Part shown: positions 61,492-64,000 of the stretch, piece by piece
How the letters are laid out: every line of letters starts with the position of its first letter
How positions within the stretch are numbered: position 1 is the stretch's first letter
Source: Candidatus Oxydemutatoraceae bacterium
Lineage (GTDB): Bacteria > Pseudomonadota > Gammaproteobacteria > Poriferisulfidales > Oxydemutatoraceae
DNA: 64,000 nt
Assembly: GCA_965218975.1 (NCBI GenBank)
Contig: OZ244717.1
Coordinates: forward strand, 832,001-896,000
Direction: 5' to 3'
Notes under the pieces: generated by a model
What the model was told of the DNA's origin: nothing
Databases searched by the model: none
What the model saw: the letters and a program-made list of their open reading frames with translations, nothing else
Program-made: the position numbers and the translations under genes

Positions 61492-61842
61492 ATGCCAATT
61501 TATGAGTACGAATGTTCCGTTTGCGGTCATCATCACGAGGAATTACAGAAAATGAATGATGCGCCGCTAACGGAATGCCCTGCTTGTCATCGCTCATGTC
61601 TGGTTAAACTAGTTTCTGCCGCCGGGTTTCGATTAAGCGGCAGTGGCTGGTATGAAACTGATTTCAAGACTGGCAACCGCCGCAATATCGCGACGGATGA
61701 CAATGCGCCTGCGGAGAAATCCGCAGGCGAAACGGCTAAGAGTGAAACTAAAGCGGAAGGTGCACAAACCGGTAAAGCGCCGGACAAGCAATCCGCACCG
61801 GCGTCAAAGCAAGGACAGTCGACGGTCGGTAATCGCGACTAA
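61492..61842 (+). CDS. FmdB-family zinc ribbon protein
   Basis: [12 protein letters not shown]...CPAC...GSGWYETDF. Confidence 0.92.
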   Translation: MPIYEYECSVCGHHHEELQKMNDAPLTECPACHRSCLVKLVSAAGFRLSGSGWYETDFKTGNRRNIATDDNAPAEKSAGETAKSETKAEGAQTGKAPDKQSAPASKQGQSTVGNRD

Positions 61843-61853
61843 GAAAAGCCATA

Positions 61854-63638
61854 ATGCGCACACATTACTGCGGGCAGGTTGACGAATCATGTATTGACCA
61901 AGCGGTTACTATTTGTGGATGGGTGCATCGCAGGCGCGACCACGGCGGGGTTATTTTTATTGATTTACGTGATCGTAGCGGGTTAGTGCAAATAGTCGCC
62001 GACCCCCAAGAGTCAAGGGAAGCCTTTGCTTTGGCTGAGCAAGTCCGCAACGAATTCGTTTTACGGCTATGCGGGCGCGTTCGTATGCGTTCGACCGAGA
62101 CTCAAAATCCTCAACTTCCGACCGGTAAAATTGAAGTCGTCGGGGTTGACTTGGCGATACTGAATACCGCCCAAACGCCGCCGTTTCAACAAGATGATCG
62201 CAATGTCAGCGATGAAACTCGTCTGCGTTACCGTTACGTTGACTTGCGCCGTTCGGGGATGCAAAACAATTTGGCAACTCGTAGCCGTATTAATCGAGCT
62301 TTGCGTCAATTTCTTGAAGAGCATGGCTTCATTGAAGTTGAAACGCCGATACTGACTAAAGCGACACCCGAAGGCGCGCGCGACTACTTAGTGCCAAGCC
62401 GCACTCATGAGTGTGCGTTTTTTGCTTTGCCGCAATCCCCCCAGTTATTTAAGCAACTCTTGATGATCGGCGGACTTGACCGCTATTATCAAATTGCCCG
62501 ATGCTTTCGGGATGAGGATTTACGCGCCGATCGTCAGCCCGAGTTCACGCAGCTAGACATTGAAACGTCGTTTATGAATGAAACTGAGATTATCGGATTG
62601 ATGGAAGAGATGGTGCAAGCGCTTTTTTATCAAGTGCTGGGTGTTCGCTTACCCGTACCATTTCTGCGTATGACTTATGCTGAGGCAATGCAACGCTATG
62701 CGACCGACCGACCCGATTTACGCAATCCTTTGGAGTTGATCGAAGTGTCGGATTTATTGCGCGATGTTGAATTTAAGGTGTTTTCAGCGTCGGCGAATGA
62801 CGCGGCAAGCCGTGTAACTGCAATGGTGGTGCCACAAGGAGGAAAGCTGACCCGCAAAGAGATTGACGGTTATACCGCGCTGGTGGGCAAGTTTGGCGCA
62901 AAGGGACTCGCCTATATAAAATGTAATGAAGTTCTTCTCGGCAAAGAAGGTTTACAATCCCCCATTTTGAAATTTTTATCTGCTGAGGCAATTACCGCAA
63001 TTTTGCGACGTACACAAGTTCAAGACGGCGATTTAATTTTCTTTGCGGCGGACAAGCGAATCATAGTCAACGAATCACAAAATGCTCTGCGCAATCGTTT
63101 GGGCACTGACTTGGAATTATTGTCCGCTGAGTGGCGACCGCTCTGGGTAGTGGATTTCCCGATGTTTGAATGGGATAGCGTAGCAAAGCGTTGGATTTCA
63201 TTGCATCATCCGTTTACCGCGCCGGTGACTGGTTCTGTCGATGCTTTGCGCAAACATCCCGAGCAAGGTCTGTCGCGCGCATACGATCTGGTGATGAATG
63301 GAACCGAACTTGGCGGCGGTTCAATACGGATTCATCAAGCAGCGATGCAACAGGCGGTATTTGACTTACTCGGTATCGGTGCGGAAGAGGCGCAAGAAAA
63401 GTTCGGCTTTTTCTTGCAAGCTTTGGGCAGCGGTTGCCCGCCGCACGGCGGAATCGCTTTTGGTTTGGATCGGTTTGTCATGTTGATGACCGGTAATGAC
63501 TCTATTCGCGATGTGATTGCTTTTCCCAAAACTCAAACAGCCAATTGCCCTCTGACCGGCGCTCCCGCTTCTGCTTCCGGCGCGCAGTTAAAAGAGCTCA
63601 ATATCCGTAACATCAAGCCTCAGAAGCTAATCGGATAA
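61854..63638 (+). CDS. aspS: Aspartate-tRNA ligase
   Basis: [21 protein letters not shown] and [12 protein letters not shown] motifs. Confidence 0.98.
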   Translation: MRTHYCGQVDESCIDQAVTICGWVHRRRDHGGVIFIDLRDRSGLVQIVADPQESREAFALAEQVRNEFVLRLCGRVRMRSTETQNPQLPTGKIEVVGVDLAILNTAQTPPFQQDDRNVSDETRLRYRYVDLRRSGMQNNLATRSRINRALRQFLEEHGFIEVETPILTKATPEGARDYLVPSRTHECAFFALPQSPQLFKQLLMIGGLDRYYQIARCFRDEDLRADRQPEFTQLDIETSFMNETEIIGLMEEMVQALFYQVLGVRLPVPFLRMTYAEAMQRYATDRPDLRNPLELIEVSDLLRDVEFKVFSASANDAASRVTAMVVPQGGKLTRKEIDGYTALVGKFGAKGLAYIKCNEVLLGKEGLQSPILKFLSAEAITAILRRTQVQDGDLIFFAADKRIIVNESQNALRNRLGTDLELLSAEWRPLWVVDFPMFEWDSVAKRWISLHHPFTAPVTGSVDALRKHPEQGLSRAYDLVMNGTELGGGSIRIHQAAMQQAVFDLLGIGAEEAQEKFGFFLQALGSGCPPHGGIAFGLDRFVMLMTGNDSIRDVIAFPKTQTANCPLTGAPASASGAQLKELNIRNIKPQKLIG

Positions 63639-63801
63639 ATCAAACATGATTTGATCTTGGCAGTTATTCGATAAAAAATGTATCGGGCATTGCTGAAAAA
63701 ATATCGCAAGCGGTTTATCGGGGTGGCATCATTTTTTGGTCGAAATTTGCTAACAGAGAAGACCGCTGCTTCGGTCTTTTTAACGGAGGTTAAATTGAAC
63801 A

Positions 63802-64000
63802 ATGGAATCTGTTTTGCCGAGCAAAAAGTATAAACGGCCCGAATCGGTTTTGGTAGTGGTTTATACACGCGACCGGCAGGTACTGTTGCTGCGCCGATAT
63901 CAGCCGACATATTTCTGGCAATCGCCTGCCGGTAGTTTGGAGTGGAACGAAACACCGATTTCGGCGGCGCGGCGCGAGCTATGCGAAGAGACATCGCTTG
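63802..64000 (+). CDS. nudB: Dihydroneopterin triphosphate diphosphatase, partial (runs off window)
   Basis: Manual translation KYKRPESVLVVVYT...FWQSPAGSLEWNETPISAARRELCEET (Nudix box), downstream of aspS. Confidence 0.88.
   Translation, partial: MESVLPSKKYKRPESVLVVVYTRDRQVLLLRRYQPTYFWQSPAGSLEWNETPISAARRELCEETSL

Overview
This looks like a gammaproteobacterial chromosome segment, possibly from a host-associated (e.g. sponge) symbiont; that placement is inferred from gene content. Core blocks are amgK-murU, ilvD, nitrilase-tldD-pmbA, purMN, hda, wrbA, aspS and a partial nudB. C1 metabolism is represented by a serine-cycle operon (sga-mcl-mtkA-mtkB-hpr-ppc), fhcD and a 5-formyl-THF cyclo-ligase. 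Mobile DNA includes the end of an IS1595 element carrying a type II restriction-modification pair, and two IS1634 copies with long target duplications (579 and 67 bp). The most unusual structure is a nested, transposase-less element of about 17.8 kb (8999-26783). It has IS1634 termini on the outside and a pair of long inverted TGT...ACA MITE-like arms (823 and 542 bp) inside them. Its cargo is a giant (about 5200 aa) repeat-rich GlyGly-CTERM adhesin. A second, right-truncated copy (47279-56223) carries a module-shuffled paralog with a different C-terminus and shows signs of gene conversion. All alignments and coordinates were read by eye and need computational confirmation.
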